Source: Eledone cirrhosa
Lineage: Eukaryota
Assembly (NCBI GenBank): GCA_964016885.1
Contig: OZ024741.1
Span: 367,040,001 to 367,104,000 of the forward strand
DNA: 64,000 bases
Reading direction: 5' to 3'
Shown one piece after another: positions 1 to 14,295 of this stretch. Below the pieces are notes generated by a model. It was not told the origin of the DNA. It worked only from the letters and a program-made list of their open reading frames with translations, and did no database searches. The stretch's first letter is position 1. The number at the start of each line of letters is the position of its first letter. A program made the translations under genes and the position numbers.

Positions 1-919
1 ATTTCAAGTATTTCAAATAATCTAAAAGTTTAAGTATTTCATAATATTTCACTTGATATTTGTTTTTCCAATTAACTCTTTGTAACCATATTAAGCTGGT
101 GTGGAACATAAAGGTTCTTAAAATTATGATGGAAAGTTTTTAGATGGATACAAGTATTTTAAAATAAACAGGCAATTTTCTAGTAGTTTGGTACCAAAAG
201 GCTTGCTATTTTTCAGGATATATGGTTCTTGTGTTGGTATAGACAAATATAATATATAATACCTTCAGGCTAGGTATCTTTACTGTAGCTAGTTTGCACC
301 CTAGTTACTGAGTTAAATTCTATGGAGGGTGATTTTTAGCATTCATCCCTGGAGGCTGATAAAATAAGTACTAATAATATGATACATAGACTAGGGCTGA
401 GTCAAATGAAAGTATATTGTACCTACTTCCATAGACAACTGCTTACTACTTGGTGCCTATGAAAGGAATCACTTGTCGGGATATAAATTTCCTTGTCAAA
501 ATGTTTAGAGACTGAGGCCTAACAAACATTCTGTTCTATTTTCTGGAATTCAGCCATCCATCCGTCCATCTTAGAGATGTATATGTATTTATGAGTATTT
601 TTATTATGTGATTGAATGTTTGTATATATTATAATTTATGTATATATGATACACTTTGTGTATGCGTTAAAATGTGCTTACTTCACTATAAGATCTTGTT
701 TTTCAAACGCATCTCATTCAAAGCTATATTTACGTTTCTCTTTATTCCACATCACCACTCATGTACATTCACATACACACATGCTGAATGCTCAGCCACT
801 TACATGCTGATTTCATGAGCAGGTTGTTCATTGCCGAAATTTGACAGAGGTCTATATATATAATGTATTAATGCCCAACCCTTACTAGCAGGGAGAACAG
901 ACACTAAATGATAAGGATG

Positions 920-924
<5 letters not shown>

Positions 925-981
<57 letters not shown>
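925..981. repeat. (TG)n microsatellite
   Basis: Seen directly. Confidence 0.98.
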
Positions 982-985
<4 letters not shown>

Positions 986-1103
986 TAGGAAGAGTCGGGG
1001 CCCAATAGCTGAGCTCTTGCTACTTCAGCAACTAGTTCCAGGCTGGAACTAGCTGTTGAAATGACAAGAGCTCAGGCGTCAAACCCAAACTCTTTCTAAT
1101 ATA
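981..1103. repeat. ~123-bp imperfect inverted repeat (fold-back)
   Basis: TATATTAGGAAGAGTCGGGG / CCCAAACTCTTTCTAATATA; CTGAGCTCTTG / CAAGAGCTCAG; core CTAGTTCCAG-G-CTGGAACTAG. Confidence 0.9.
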
Positions 1104-1176
1104 ACCATACTCTACTATCCCAAGTATCGAGTACTCTGTTGAGTAATGGTCTAACTAGTTTAAAACTGGTTCTATC

Positions 1177-1179
<3 letters not shown>

Positions 1180-1253
<74 letters not shown>

Positions 1254-1736
1254 TATAATGTATGTATGTATATGTGTGTGTGAGTATGTGATGATTTCTA
1301 ATGAATGAAACAGTTCTAGTCCTGTAGAATCTCATCTATATTAAAACTGTTATACTCTATGTATTGAGTACCTTACTTACTGTGGTTACCTCCGATTCAA
1401 CCCGGAATAACGTATATATATGTATGTATATGTATGTATGTATGTATGTATGTATATGTGTGTGTATGTATGTATATGTGTGTGTGAGTATGTATGTATA
1501 TGTGTGTGTGAGTATGTATGTATATGTGTGTGTGAGTATGTATGTATGTGTGTGTGAGTATGTATGTATGTATATATATATGTATATATATATATGTATA
1601 TATATGTATGTATATATATGTGTGTGCATGTATATGTGCGTGCATGTATATGTGCGTATATGTATGTGTGTATGTATGTATATATGTGTGTATGTATGTA
1701 TATATGTGTATGTATATATATGTGTATGTATATATG
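1180..1736. repeat. (TA)n and compound TA/TG/TATG microsatellites with a ~130-bp unique insert at 1283-1411
   Basis: Seen directly. Confidence 0.95.
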
Positions 1737-2479
1737 AACAGCTTTTCTTTTAAATGTATTATTTTAAAAACAACTATTCTAGTGGATCATTTTTATACAC
1801 ATTTTTTTTTTCTTCACTCATATTTTATACGAGTTCCTTGCAGTTCATTTTGGAACAATAAAGTTTCTAAATCCATCCTAGATGTTTCTAGACTAATAGT
1901 CTCATCTTCAGTATTACACATATGCACATACATATATACTCTCTCTCCTCTTATATTTAGGCCACTTAAAAATTGTTATATTCTCTTCAAAATTTTGATC
2001 TTATCGGATGGCATCCATATATCTTAAGGCAGGCAAGATTGATTGGAACTCTTACTGTTGTTTTTCATTGAAGTTATTTTTGATAGAAATGTTTGAGAGC
2101 CAAAATGGATGGGTGTCTATTTTTGTTTCCATTTCCCACCTCTCTTGTAACACTCCACCAACACTTTCACGCTGATGATGTTGCTGTGAATTAGAAGTCA
2201 ATTTAAGCAGTCTTGTTAAGGACAAACATTCTTATATAACCATTGCTAAAGATTGATTTTTACTAAAAATATAGTTTCAAAATATAGCTTTCTTATTAAT
2301 TTGCAGTTTTTCTTTCCTCCTTAACCCTTTCATTAGCATATTTCTAATGAAACACATTACTTGTAATTTTCAGTTCATAATTAGGAATTTAAAGGTGTTT
2401 ATTAATATAACCTTCTTAAGCTGTTTATTGGAATATAACTTAAAAAAGGACCTTGCATAAGATTATGATGGAAGGATTA

Positions 2480-2875
2480 AGCTTCTCTGGTAAAGTCTAT
2501 GCCAAGTGTCTGGCAAAGAGATGTAGGGATATTGTCGAGTTCAAATTAGCTGACGAACAGTGTGGTTTTCGTCCCGATCGCAGTACATGCAACTTAATAT
2601 TCACACTGGAGCAGGTCTTTGATAAATCGTGAGATTATTGCTAAGAGGTGTATGCTTGTTTTGTAGACGTCAAAAAGGCATATAACTGCATTCCAAAGGA
2701 CATTTTATGGAATGTTCTGAATGAGTCCGAGATTGATGGACATCTTGTTGCCCTAAAATCTCTAAATGAATTCCCTAGTATTTGTGTTCAGGTGAATGGT
2801 GCTAAGTCAAAACCATTCAATGTGGGTGTCAGACTCCACCAAGGGTACATACTGTCACCTCTTCTATTCATTGTA
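2480..2875 (+). pseudogene. Degenerate RT fragment of an older non-LTR element (RTE/Expander-like)
   Basis: Reads GKVYAKCL..EQCGFRPDRS..FTLEQVFDK..YACFVDVKKAY..RLHQGYILSPLLF, with stop codons. Confidence 0.85.
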
Positions 2876-5800
2876 ATATTTACCTCCAAAGCAAAACTAT
2901 TTTAGCACTTCATTTACGTAGAATTTGGAAGATGGTGAACTAACTATTGACCTCAAATATGAGGAACTCTCTATCCCATTTTACCATTGATTTATTTTTT
3001 TTACATTTTATTTGGCTTATGTACAAATATATTTGGGACTTCTCAATCACAATTTAGACAGCAGAATTCTGTTTGTTAGAAGATAATTTGCCATGGTTAT
3101 GAGATTCACTTTGAAACCACATTTTCTTGTTGTCCCACTATGTGGCATCTTGGATAAGCATCTTATACTATAGCCTCAGGTGTGTGAAATTTGGCAGACA
3201 GAAACTGTGTAGCTCGTTGTGCATGTGTTTATCTATGTTTATATCCCACAGCTTAACAAAATGGGTTGATGAAATAAGTGCAAGACTTGAAAAGCTAAAT
3301 ACTAGGGTTGATATAATTAACTGAATCTCTTTAAGGTAATGCTCCAGCATGGCCACAGTCATCTGACTGAAACCAGTAAAAGAATACTTGTCAACAATGA
3401 TTTAGACAAGGTAGAAATATATAGCAGAATGAATGTGCTTTTTCAATGCTAATTATATAGTGTTGCATAACTGCATTCAGTTGGTTTGCATATTGATAAT
3501 TTTGCTCTCTGAAACGCTTGTTAAACAATGGATTAATTAACTATTTTACCTTGTCTTATTCTTTCATTGTTTAACATTATATATCTAGCTCTGTAGGTTT
3601 GAATAAATACTTGATATAAATGGAGATATCATCTTTTCACTTTGCTGCAGTAGGATATTCATATCAACACTACATTGGGTTCTAAAATGATTATAAATTC
3701 TACCTTGATTAGATTAAATACTAATGAATATAAATAATTGTGATTTTGTTGGAAGATAAGGTGGCAAATAATCTTCAGACTAAGTTCTTCTTCCTTGCTG
3801 TATGCTGGTACTGCTTCTTCACTTCATGATTGAAAGATTTAGAAATGGTATGAAATGCTACAGCTTCATGTTTCTCAGCTGAATAAATAATATATCAGAT
3901 TTTCGATCTAGGAAGAGTTAGACTTTAGCTAACATGACTAGGGTCCCTATCATTAACCCTTTCTTGACAAAATTTCCAATGAAATGTACCATATTTTAAT
4001 TAAATCAGAATTTTGAAGAATTTACTAAAATGAGTAATTATTTCATTACTAAAAGAGTAACTTAACATATGGTTCTTATATAACATTACGTTAGAAGACT
4101 ATAATTTAAATAAAAACCCATTAAAATGGGGTCATTTATTTCATAGGTTTTCAGAGCAAGTTTTGACCAGTTTATCAAAACACCTGAGAAACCTCTTATG
4201 AGATGCAACCTTGGCAGCCAGCTCAACCTCTATAAGTGTGGCCTGTAAATTTCATTTGATTTGTATTTTTAGCAGGAGGGCATGGTCATCCTTTTTAGTC
4301 ATCTCAAATTCTGATTTGTTCACTGGCACTTTCCAGGTTGAACATTTTGAGTATATGCAGAATACTTGAAAGTGGAAGGTGGCCAGGCTCATGGGTGTGC
4401 TAATCAAGCCTAGTAAATAGGAACACTTTTAAAGTGTGTGGTGTTTTATAGAACAAAAGACAGTCTTGGACAGATTAGTATCAAAAGGTTAGGTAGGGTT
4501 TTAGTTATATCTAGTTTGTCTATAACTAGTTATTGTCTATATCTAGTTTGTATTCTGGGTCAATGCTTGGGTATTTAGCATCCTAGACTAGCCCTACAAT
4601 GGGCACCCCATTCTCCCAAATAAAATAATTTGAACTTAGTTTGGTAAACTTTAGACACTTTGTTTTAACCACACCAAAAATTAGTGCAGTTGCATTTTCT
4701 ACTACATAGCCATCCACACCAAATTATGTGATGGGTCATAACACCACACAACCTTCTCCAACACTTTGAGTATTACTACAACGCTGCTACTGTTACACTG
4801 TAAAGATATTTAGCTATTAATTTATTGATCACAGGAAAATAGATGTCTAATTTAATTATACTAATTTGTATAAAACTGCATCCTAGGAACTGCCTAGTTA
4901 TCTTAATGGATGCACCAGCCCTGTCTGTATAACATAATTTACATCTTAGTTTCTAATTTCTTTTGGTTGCTTTGTCTTCTTTAATAACTTCATGCTGACT
5001 TTTAATCTTTTTTTTTTATATCGAACCTTTAGGAGTTTGTAGTTTATCAATATTCTAAGTCTATATCATTTAGTGTCAGAAATCTGATGATTTAACAAAC
5101 ACCTTTTAAGCAGTGACAACACTGACACTCTAGGGTGTTACAGTACTTGGAAAAAAACTGCTGCTTTAACCTTTCTAATGAAAAATGCTGCCTATGATTT
5201 TCAAATAATTTTGAAAATTCAATATAACCAATTTTCTAATAATTTGTCTGGTATTTGGAAATAACTTAAAGGTTCCTACAAATTATGATGGGAAGTTTAT
5301 ATATACATACGCACACACACACACACATGCACACTTTCACCTGCATATTTCTAATAAAAGGCTGTTTGAGTTTTAAATCATTTTGAGAATAACAAAAATT
5401 TAAAAGGGTTCAGTAATATGACTTTCTCATTATTAAGCTAGTGTTTGTAACTTAACGATTTGTTCTTACATTAAATTATGATGGAAGGTTTCTAGATAAA
5501 TATAAACATTTTAAAACAAACTATTTTACATTATAGAACCAAGGAGCTGTTTCAGTTGGTTGAGTACCAAAAGAATTTGGTAAAATGAAATGAAATTTAC
5601 AACTCAAGCACCATTGTACATTGCGTCTTATAGGTTTCTTGGGTGTTTTAATTGATAGACTTCAATCCTATCTTGAAAAGCAATGAGAAATAAAGCATCT
5701 TGCTCAAGATCACAAAATGTTGTCCCTGATCAAGAATTGGACCCATGGCCTTTTATGATTGTGAATTCAACTCCCTTAAGACTCTGCCATTCTGCCATGC

Positions 5801-6680
5801 TAGTAATTTTATATAAGAACCATATATTTAGTAATAAAATAATGAACAATTTTAATGTATCATTAAAAATTCTTCATTAATTAATTGAAATACAGAAAAT
5901 GGTTAAAACAAACAACTTTGTATCATAGAACTACGGGTGGTTTCAGGCAGTTTGGTATCAAAAGAGTAAAAGTAATTGGAATAAATGTTTAATAACCAGT
6001 TCTTCTATGTTAAGTTATTTCAGTAGATAAAAAAGGTCCTTTAATTCTTTTAAACATTATGCAATTAATATATTCACCATTTTCCCCCATGTTCTTATTT
6101 CAAGTCTAATACACCAATAAAAAGTAAAAGACTGTTCATCTATTATGAGTGGAGATCAAATGTATTTGCTTTTATAGATTACATTACATTGTGTTGAGAT
6201 AGGTTAGAAATGTCGAAAGTAACTAAATCTCATTCGTTATCATTCTTTCATTTTCACTGGCTAGGACAAACTCTCTTTGATTCAATGGCTTTGCAAATGT
6301 GTGAGTGTTAATGGTTTACTCAAAATCTTGGGAGTGGTATTAGATTTGAATCAAGGCAGCAATGCTAAGTTATAAATATATTTTCTCTACCCTACTTCAA
6401 TGGATTATTTTATGAGAAATCTATACATTGGGACTGCCAAATATAAAAGTACTGATCAATTTATTCTTGCCATTTAGTTTTCTGTTCCAAAATCCTAGGC
6501 AATGTGCTATCCTAAATGGCTTATTCCTCTATGTAGTTTGATTTGTTTTCTATTTTATTTAAATATATATATTCTGAATTTGTTCTTTAACCTTTAGGGA
6601 ATTATAATGAGGCAGTTAGCTGAAAGAGTTTGAGAGCTGTAGATTCCTAATATTATCATGAATTGACTTTTGAAAGATAT

Positions 6681-7215
6681 AGACGCAGGCATGGCTGTGT
6701 GATTAAAGCGTTTGTTTCATTACCGCATGGATTCGGGCTCATTCCCAATGTGCGGCATTTAGGGAAATGTCTTCTACTATAGCCTTGGGTTGACCAATGC
6801 CATGTGAATTATATTTGGTAGAGGGGAAACTGCTGTATATCTATGTTTGTGTGTCTGTCTGTCTGTTTATGCCTTGTAAAATCTGTTATACTTATATGTA
6901 GGCTTTTGTAAATTAGCTGTTTTCTAAGGGACATTATTTTAATTGTAATGGAAATAAAATAAAATAGATCAAATAAATTTGTATGCTGAATTGAGTATTC
7001 ATATGCACAGGCATAACCATGTGGTATCGGGTTCTATTCAACTGTGACACTTTGGGCAGCCAAAGCTCACATCTCCATCTATATTTATGTCTATGGTTTG
7101 ACAAAAAGAGATCAATAAAATATGTACTAGACTTGGGGTGGAGTATGGTCAACTAGACAGTGCCCCAGCATGACTAGTCTAAATATTGAAATTTGTAAAA
7201 GAATAAAAAATAAAG
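6681..7215 (+). mobile_element. Octopus-type tRNA-derived SINE family 1 (GGCGCAGG..TGGCTGTGTGG head); apparently nested or duplicated head
   Basis: A/B boxes, aagtgtcttctactatagcc body, internal (TG)n, and the gtgccccagcatg..gaaa..gtaaaagaataaaa tail. Confidence 0.8.
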
Positions 7216-8623
7216 AACATCATAAATTTAATTGTGAAAGACATACAGCAGTTGATGAAACTGAATCAAGCCGTTTTGGAGGGCTTTTATTCATGTTTCG
7301 ATGTGGTTTCCAGCAGTTTTATCTCATATAGCTTAGTCAACTCAGCTGGAAAAAATGAGTTGTACCTGTAATTCAATGGACTAGCCTTGTCATACTAAGA
7401 ATTTATATTAAATGTACACATGTGGAATACTCAGCCACTAGCATGTTAATTTCACTGCAGGTTGTTCTGTTGTTCAAACAACTGGTACACTTGTTGGCAC
7501 TGCTGGACATACAACAAACATTTATATATGCTCAACCAGTATTTTACTAACTACCACCAATCTGTTTAAATGCAAGTTACTCAATTATGAATTGCTTATT
7601 TTCTCCCCAAAGCTTTTTTGAATTTCTTTGATTATGCTGAATGTTTGATTTTAGCCATTTTTCTTCTTTCCTTGCTTGTTTGCTTAGATTAGACAGTCTA
7701 GAGCTTATCTTGGTTTCATAGGTGTTAAGCAATCCATTTTAAAGTGCTATTTAAATTAAAATCTTCCAAAATAGCTTTATATAAAAATCTTATTTCATCT
7801 TAATGAAATAATAACTTTAGTAAATTCTAAATTTTCAATGAATTAATTGAAATAGAGCTGAGATCTCAAACTCAGGGACTCAAAGGAACCACTATATTTC
7901 AAAAGTAAGATGAAAGGAGTGGGGGCATTATTTCCATAAGTTATAATGATAATTTACAATACAGCTGATAGGCTGCTATTTATTTATTTTGTTGTTTTAT
8001 TTATGAATGTGTATACTGTATCAAACTAGAAACCTTTATTATTAAACCAAGGGTATGTTGTTTTTGTTGTTACAGCTCACACCTATGTATGGTTAGCTGG
8101 CCTCATGCAGTTGCATCTCATAGGAGGCTTCTCAGTTGTTTTAGTGATAGGGGTCTCAGTCCTATCATTAAAAGACCAGAAGCCAGTTCACTCTAGGAGT
8201 TAACCGCTAGCTGCAGCTGTTGGTAATCCCCCACTCTCCCTCGCCACACTGAGTGAACACAACTGGAATATGAAATGAAGCGTGTTGCTCAAAAATGCAC
8301 CATGCCACTCAGTCAAGGAATCAAACTGATGACCTTATCGTGAGTTCAACACCTCAACCACTAGGTTACACATCTTCACTAAACCAAGGATAAGTGTTTT
8401 TATTCACTAGGCTACTGCACTTATGTGCTACAAATAGCTGTGCCAATTATTATCTTTAGTTTTATTTTTAGCAATATTTTCGAAATGGATTTTTAACGTA
8501 ACATCTGGTAGTCTGTAGGTCAAATAAATAAATATATATATAACATTCTTTTAATTCTTGTTCAATTTTTGTGTAACTATATTATTTCTGGTGATCATCT
8601 GGCATGAATTAGGATTTTGGTAA

Positions 8624-8847
8624 TTAACCCTTTTGATATTAAACTGCCTGTAAGCATCCTTGGTTTTATGATACAAAACTCTTTGTTTATCTAAAAGCCA
8701 TCCATCATAATTTTATGTAAGAAATTTAATTAAGTTATGCTCCAGACTTAATAATGAGAAAGTTATTTACTAAATTTCTCCAAATTCTTGATTATTTTTT
8801 AAATGATTTAAAAATCACAGGCTGAAATATAGTAACAAAAGGGTTGA
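8624..8847 (+). mobile_element. piggyBac-type MITE family A
   Basis: TTAACCCTTTTGATA...GTAACAAAAGGGTTGA. Confidence 0.8.
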
Positions 8848-8981
8848 CTTGTATGTTAATATCTTCGTCAAAATTATCACACTTAAACCTTTGAAATAAT
8901 AGCTAAATCTTAGCCAGAGTTTGTGTTACACTTCTAACTATTTCTGTAGAGCATAATGCTACAGTATAACAGATGGTTTTG

Positions 8982-8982
<1 letters not shown>

Positions 8983-9030
<48 letters not shown>

Positions 9031-9049
9031 TCTCTCTCTCTCTCTCTCT

Positions 9050-9080
<31 letters not shown>
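8983..9080. repeat. (CT)n microsatellite
   Basis: Seen directly. Confidence 0.98.
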
Positions 9081-10691
9081 AATAGTATGCACATGAGGTG
9101 ATGGTAAAGTATAGAATTGCTTTTTTTTTTAGGGGGAGGGGGATCAGCCGTTGTTTCATTGAATGGCTATTATTAACCATTCTGGTAAATGAGAGCCCCC
9201 CCCCTCCCCTGTTTGTTTTTAAATATTCATATATGAATTTAAACCTTCCATTATAACTTTTGTTTGAAAATCATAGTCAGTGTATTTCATTAGAAATATG
9301 GTAATGAAAAAACACTTGACCTAATTGAGTAATAGACTCAATTCTTTGACCATGTGGTGTGTTGTATTCTTGTGCAAGATTTTCACATTATTTTGCATGA
9401 TGGGACTGGGACCCTATCTTTAAAACCTATATGATGCAACCTTGTTGGAGGTTAGCTAAATCTACAGAGATTTTGAACTGTAACAAAAACAAGAAAAATG
9501 AAAGGACTAATTTCCATCATTTATTGGTAGGTGTTGATTTCAGAATATATTACAATAAACCGTCTAACCCATGCTAGCGTGGAAGATGGACATTAAACGA
9601 AGATGATGATGAATCAGATGATGACTGAACACTGGAGTATAAAAATGTTGTTTGTAGCTGTGTGTTTTGTGTTGGTTTACTCAGCTTTGTAACTTGACAC
9701 GGTTTCATGGCCGATGATATTCTCAGCACCACCACCTAACTACTTTTCTCTTGAAACTTTCTCTTCTCCTTGATTTTTTTTTCATTTCCTGTTTCACTAA
9801 TGATATTCTGAATTTGACAAATGAAATCCTGAATTCATAACAGTTTGAAATTTGGTTTGCAACCACTATAGACTCAAGTTGACCAATGCTTGTAGTATAT
9901 ACACATGCACACGTGTGAGTGTCCATGTCCTTATGTCTATGTTGGCTCAACAACAAGGCACTAAAATGAATACCAAGATTAAAAATATAAGTACTGGGGT
10001 CAATACGGACTAATTCATGAGCACTGTCTAACTAAAACCAGTGAAAATGCGAGAATAAATGTATTGCCATGTGAAAATATCTCCCCACAATAAATATTTT
10101 ATATGGTGGCTAACGAGCAGTTGTTAAAAAGTTGATGCTTTGCAATATTCATTGTCTCTTTGTGCTCTGAGTTTAAATTTCGTTGATGTCAACTTTGCTT
10201 TTCATCCTTTTAAAGTCAGTAAGGTTTCAATCCAGTATTAGGATCAATTCTTCTCTCTTCCTCTCTCTGGAAGAAATCACCTGCTACCAAACCTAGCGAG
10301 GGATGAATTCCGTCAGATTTAAAATGTCAATGGCGGTGCCCTTATGACTCCATCGTGGGTGGAAAGAAATATTTTGCACAAAATGTCTTGGTTTTATATG
10401 GTTCATAGATGATGTTTTTTCTAAGTATCAGAAAAGCTGGATTTATAAATCTATCTAACATATACAGGGTATGGATATCTTGGAAGTTTTTCTGTGGATG
10501 GATGGATGCTTTTCTAACTCCAAACCATCGTGTACAAACCATTCACAATTGTTGAAATGCTGCATTGCAGGGCGTATTGTTTATGACAGAGGCAACTAGA
10601 AAATAATTGTAATAAGTCAATTACTATAGATAATGGTTGAGAAAATTGGGTAAATTATCCTTGGAAATAGAAACAAGTGCACAGAGGCACT

Positions 10692-10751
<60 letters not shown>

Positions 10752-10753
<2 letters not shown>

Positions 10754-11320
10754 AAAAAGTAGAGGCATTAACTAATAATTTTTGTTGTCATAATTCTAGT
10801 GATGTTTTGCCATAGATAAAATGTCTAAATTAGCCAAATTTTACTCTTTTGGTTGATTTACGTTTGATTAATAGAGGTTCCAATACTCAAGTTATGGGCT
10901 TCCAAAATTTTCACTATAGGGGGTTTAACCCCCATTAGGGTGCCTTAATATTGAAATTTAGTGAATAGGCATGATATCTTGTCATTTGCCTATGGTTTAA
11001 ATTTCATATAAATCGAAGGGAAAAAATTTTAAGTGGGGATTTGTGCCCCGGGGAAGCCTTTGATTAAAATGAAATACTTATCCAAGTACTCTGAGCAATG
11101 TAGTTTCAGAATATATGTGGTTATGGGGTCTCTCCAAACCCATAGGAGGAGTTCGTGAACAAACAGACAGGAACTACAACTTTATATATATATACTAGCT
11201 GACGTACTCAGCTTTGCCTGGGTAAACTGATAAGAAAACGAGTAGAAAAAACCCAACTGTATTGGATATGTTGTCTGGTATATGGGAGTTCCAATCTTTT
11301 ATATTATATAAAGATATAGA
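10752..11320 (+). mobile_element. Possible Helitron/Helentron-associated (HINE/DINE-like) non-autonomous elements in tandem
   Basis: End motif gaacaaacagacag..aactttatatatat at 11157-11192, then TACTAGCTGACG..GCTTTGCCTGGGT at 11193 and a tail ttttatattatataaagat. Confidence 0.4.
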
Positions 11321-13033
11321 TAATTATATATATGTGTTTGTAAATCAGCATTTGAATTCACAGAGAGGCTGGCCACAAAACATGATCGTCACTGTCAACG
11401 AACACAGAGAGAATCCTTATGGTTGATTCCCAACCTGCTAGAAATAGCAGTCGTTGGTTAGCACACCCAGGATGTTTTTCTTCTTTGATTTTATACAATT
11501 AGTATCAATAAACCTTCCATTGCTGTATTGACTCTTCGATTGTCAGTTTTCGTTTTTGTGTGATGTGTGAAAGCACCAACCAACAAGTATCTCTCTTTTA
11601 TATTATGTGTAGAGATATATATATTTATATAGTATTTTCTACATTCCACATGATCGTTGAATGGATTATCTGGCAAGTTAGTCATTGATAAGAATGATTA
11701 TGACAAGCTTAATATTTTGTTTGAGATAGAACATGATACATCTTGAAGTAAAGCTTATTATAAATTTATCTGCTACTGGCTTTGTCATCTTTATGCATAT
11801 TGAAACCACATCAACTAAATACAGATCTTAATCATTTGTTTTATGCCTTACTTGTTATTTCTGTGAGGTTCTTTAACTCCAACATTTGTAGAAGTGGTAC
11901 AGCAGTTTGTTGTTACAGCTCACACCTATGTAGGCTTAACTGGCCCTCTATGAAGTTACATCTCAGGTTTCTCAGATGTTTCGATAATAGGAGGCCCAGT
12001 TCTGCCATGAAAAGACTACCCTACTGGACCAGATGCCAATACATTGAAAGGGTCCCTTCTCAGCTGCTACTATGATACTAATTTTTTTCTTCTTTTTAGC
12101 AGAGTGGACTGGAGTAATGTAAAATGACATAGCATACCACCATGTCTTGGAAACAAACCCACGACTTTGATTGTGAGTGCAATACGCTAACTACTAGGCT
12201 AAGTGTTGGGATTAGATATCTTGCAAATGTCAAGAGAATTATAAAAGACAACGCATTGGTTGAATAATCTTCCCTCAGTATGAAGAGTATGTTTTAACAC
12301 TTGATACTACCTGAAACCACTCCTTCCCCTAATTCTATGTTACTTTAAAGTGATTTTAGTTATCTGAATAATCTTCCATCATAATTTTATGCGAGAACAT
12401 TTAAGATATGCTCTAAACACCAGCTTGATAATTTAGAAAGTTGTATTACTAAATCCATTTAAATTCTTGAAAATCATAATCTGTGTTTTGCAATAGAAAT
12501 ATAGTAATGGGAGGGTTAAATGACCTGATGCCTCTTAGTTATGTTTGCATTGATAGTAATATGATAATATTGTTTAAAGAAATTTATCCAAAATCTGTTG
12601 ATGACAGAGCAACAAATATAATATTGCTATATAATATATATCTGATGGCATCACATTATTTTTCATCGTATTTCACTTATATTTAAATGTATCATTTAAG
12701 TTTATCATAAAAATATTAACGGTTATATTGTATTGATGAATATATATGCAAGCATGGAACATAGATGTAAAAGAATGGTGATAGCATTAGAAACGGCATC
12801 GAGTTGTTGAAAGTTTGTCATACAAAGGGGATTCTTCAGTTGTGTGAAAGACATAACAACCTCCTTAGTGTTGGGGCCATGATGAAACACCCAGTACACT
12901 CTACAATGAGATGACAAGATAAAACCCCCTCCAAACTTCCTCTGCATGTTTGGGAGGTCTGTGACTCTAGATGGGTACTGAGGTATTGACAACTCATCCA
13001 GCCCTTGCTAGCAGAGAAAAGGAGTATTAAATG

Positions 13034-13101
<68 letters not shown>

Positions 13102-14032
13102 CATTACCTTAACAGAAGTACGATGTCCTTTTGATTCCAGAGTTGGACCATGTCGGTACAGATCGAACCTTGAGCTGATCAATCGCGAAACACTCATCAC
13201 ACCCTAATAAACGTAATGAATATCTGACACTTCGTTCTTTTTATTAGTAGTAATACACTCTGCTTAGTACAACACCAATATACCTACTGGAAACTACGCA
13301 TCGAGTTCTCAATCTGGTGAACGAACCCACAGTAACTAGACATTACAATCCCTATATATATACACACACACACACATACATATACACGTGAATATTATCA
13401 TTTTCTTACAACTTTGAAAAGTTAGCTAATTTTAGTTTGTTTAGCTTGTGGTCCAGGAAAAAATTGTTTTTGTTTTGGTCCTATTTTTGAATTGAAATGA
13501 ATAGTTTTCCTTCTTCCTTGTATACTGCTTCCTTCTGTATTCTTGGATTAGTTATATTTCAAGATGGGCCACTACATACAAACAAAACTCTTAGCATTAT
13601 ACACACAGTCAGGGATTAATCATTCATTCTAGCTGATGCAAACCACGCATTATGCATGTTGATGGTGCTGCTGCTGTTGTCTTTTGCCACCAATCGCCAG
13701 CGTCTTTCCTGGCTTTGAATGAATACTTCAGCAGCTCTAGATCAATCAATACTGGATAGATAGCTTAGTATAGAGCCTGCTACTGCTTCTAGCCAGCAGC
13801 TAGCTACTCCACAGTTGCTACTGTTGCTGCTACTTCCTAACAGAACCCTTTAGCTGGCTGTCGTACAGCTTCTTGTCCACTTTCCTCTCTCTGGTCATTT
13901 TCAAATTTTTACCATTTTTAGTAGTTTTCATTATTTTCAATCATTATTATCATTCTAGAATATTTCTCTCCTCTCTCTCTCTCTCTTTTTCTTCTTTCTT
14001 CTCCTGCCCCACACTCTCATATCTTTATATAA

Positions 14033-14050
14033 ATGAAACCAAAATTAATT
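14033..14050 (+). CDS. Candidate first coding exon segment of host gene (ATG AAA CCA AAA TTA ATT | gtaagt; MKPKLI)
   Basis: ATG followed by 5 codons and a consensus GTAAGT donor at 14051 (phase 0). It lies downstream of a non-repetitive, CT-rich, 5'UTR-like region (13650-14030) and is in frame with the next candidate exons. Confidence 0.3.
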
Positions 14051-14231
14051 GTAAGTAGTGTTATTTGTTATTTACTGTTGTTTCTTGTCTTCCTCGTCGC
14101 CCTTTCCATGTAACATTTATTTTCTCTGAATGTGGATTGTGTGTGTTACATATGATGCGATTATGACATCATGCTGCATTAAGTAACACATCAAGTCTGA
14201 CTCTCCCCATAAAGATAGATCATTGTAAGTG

Positions 14232-14232
<1 letters not shown>

Positions 14233-14295
<63 letters not shown>

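Noticed and set aside
1096-2027. Overlapping ORFs rich in Y/I/H/T or V/C/M
   Set aside because: Translations of TA/TG microsatellites, which lack stop codons.
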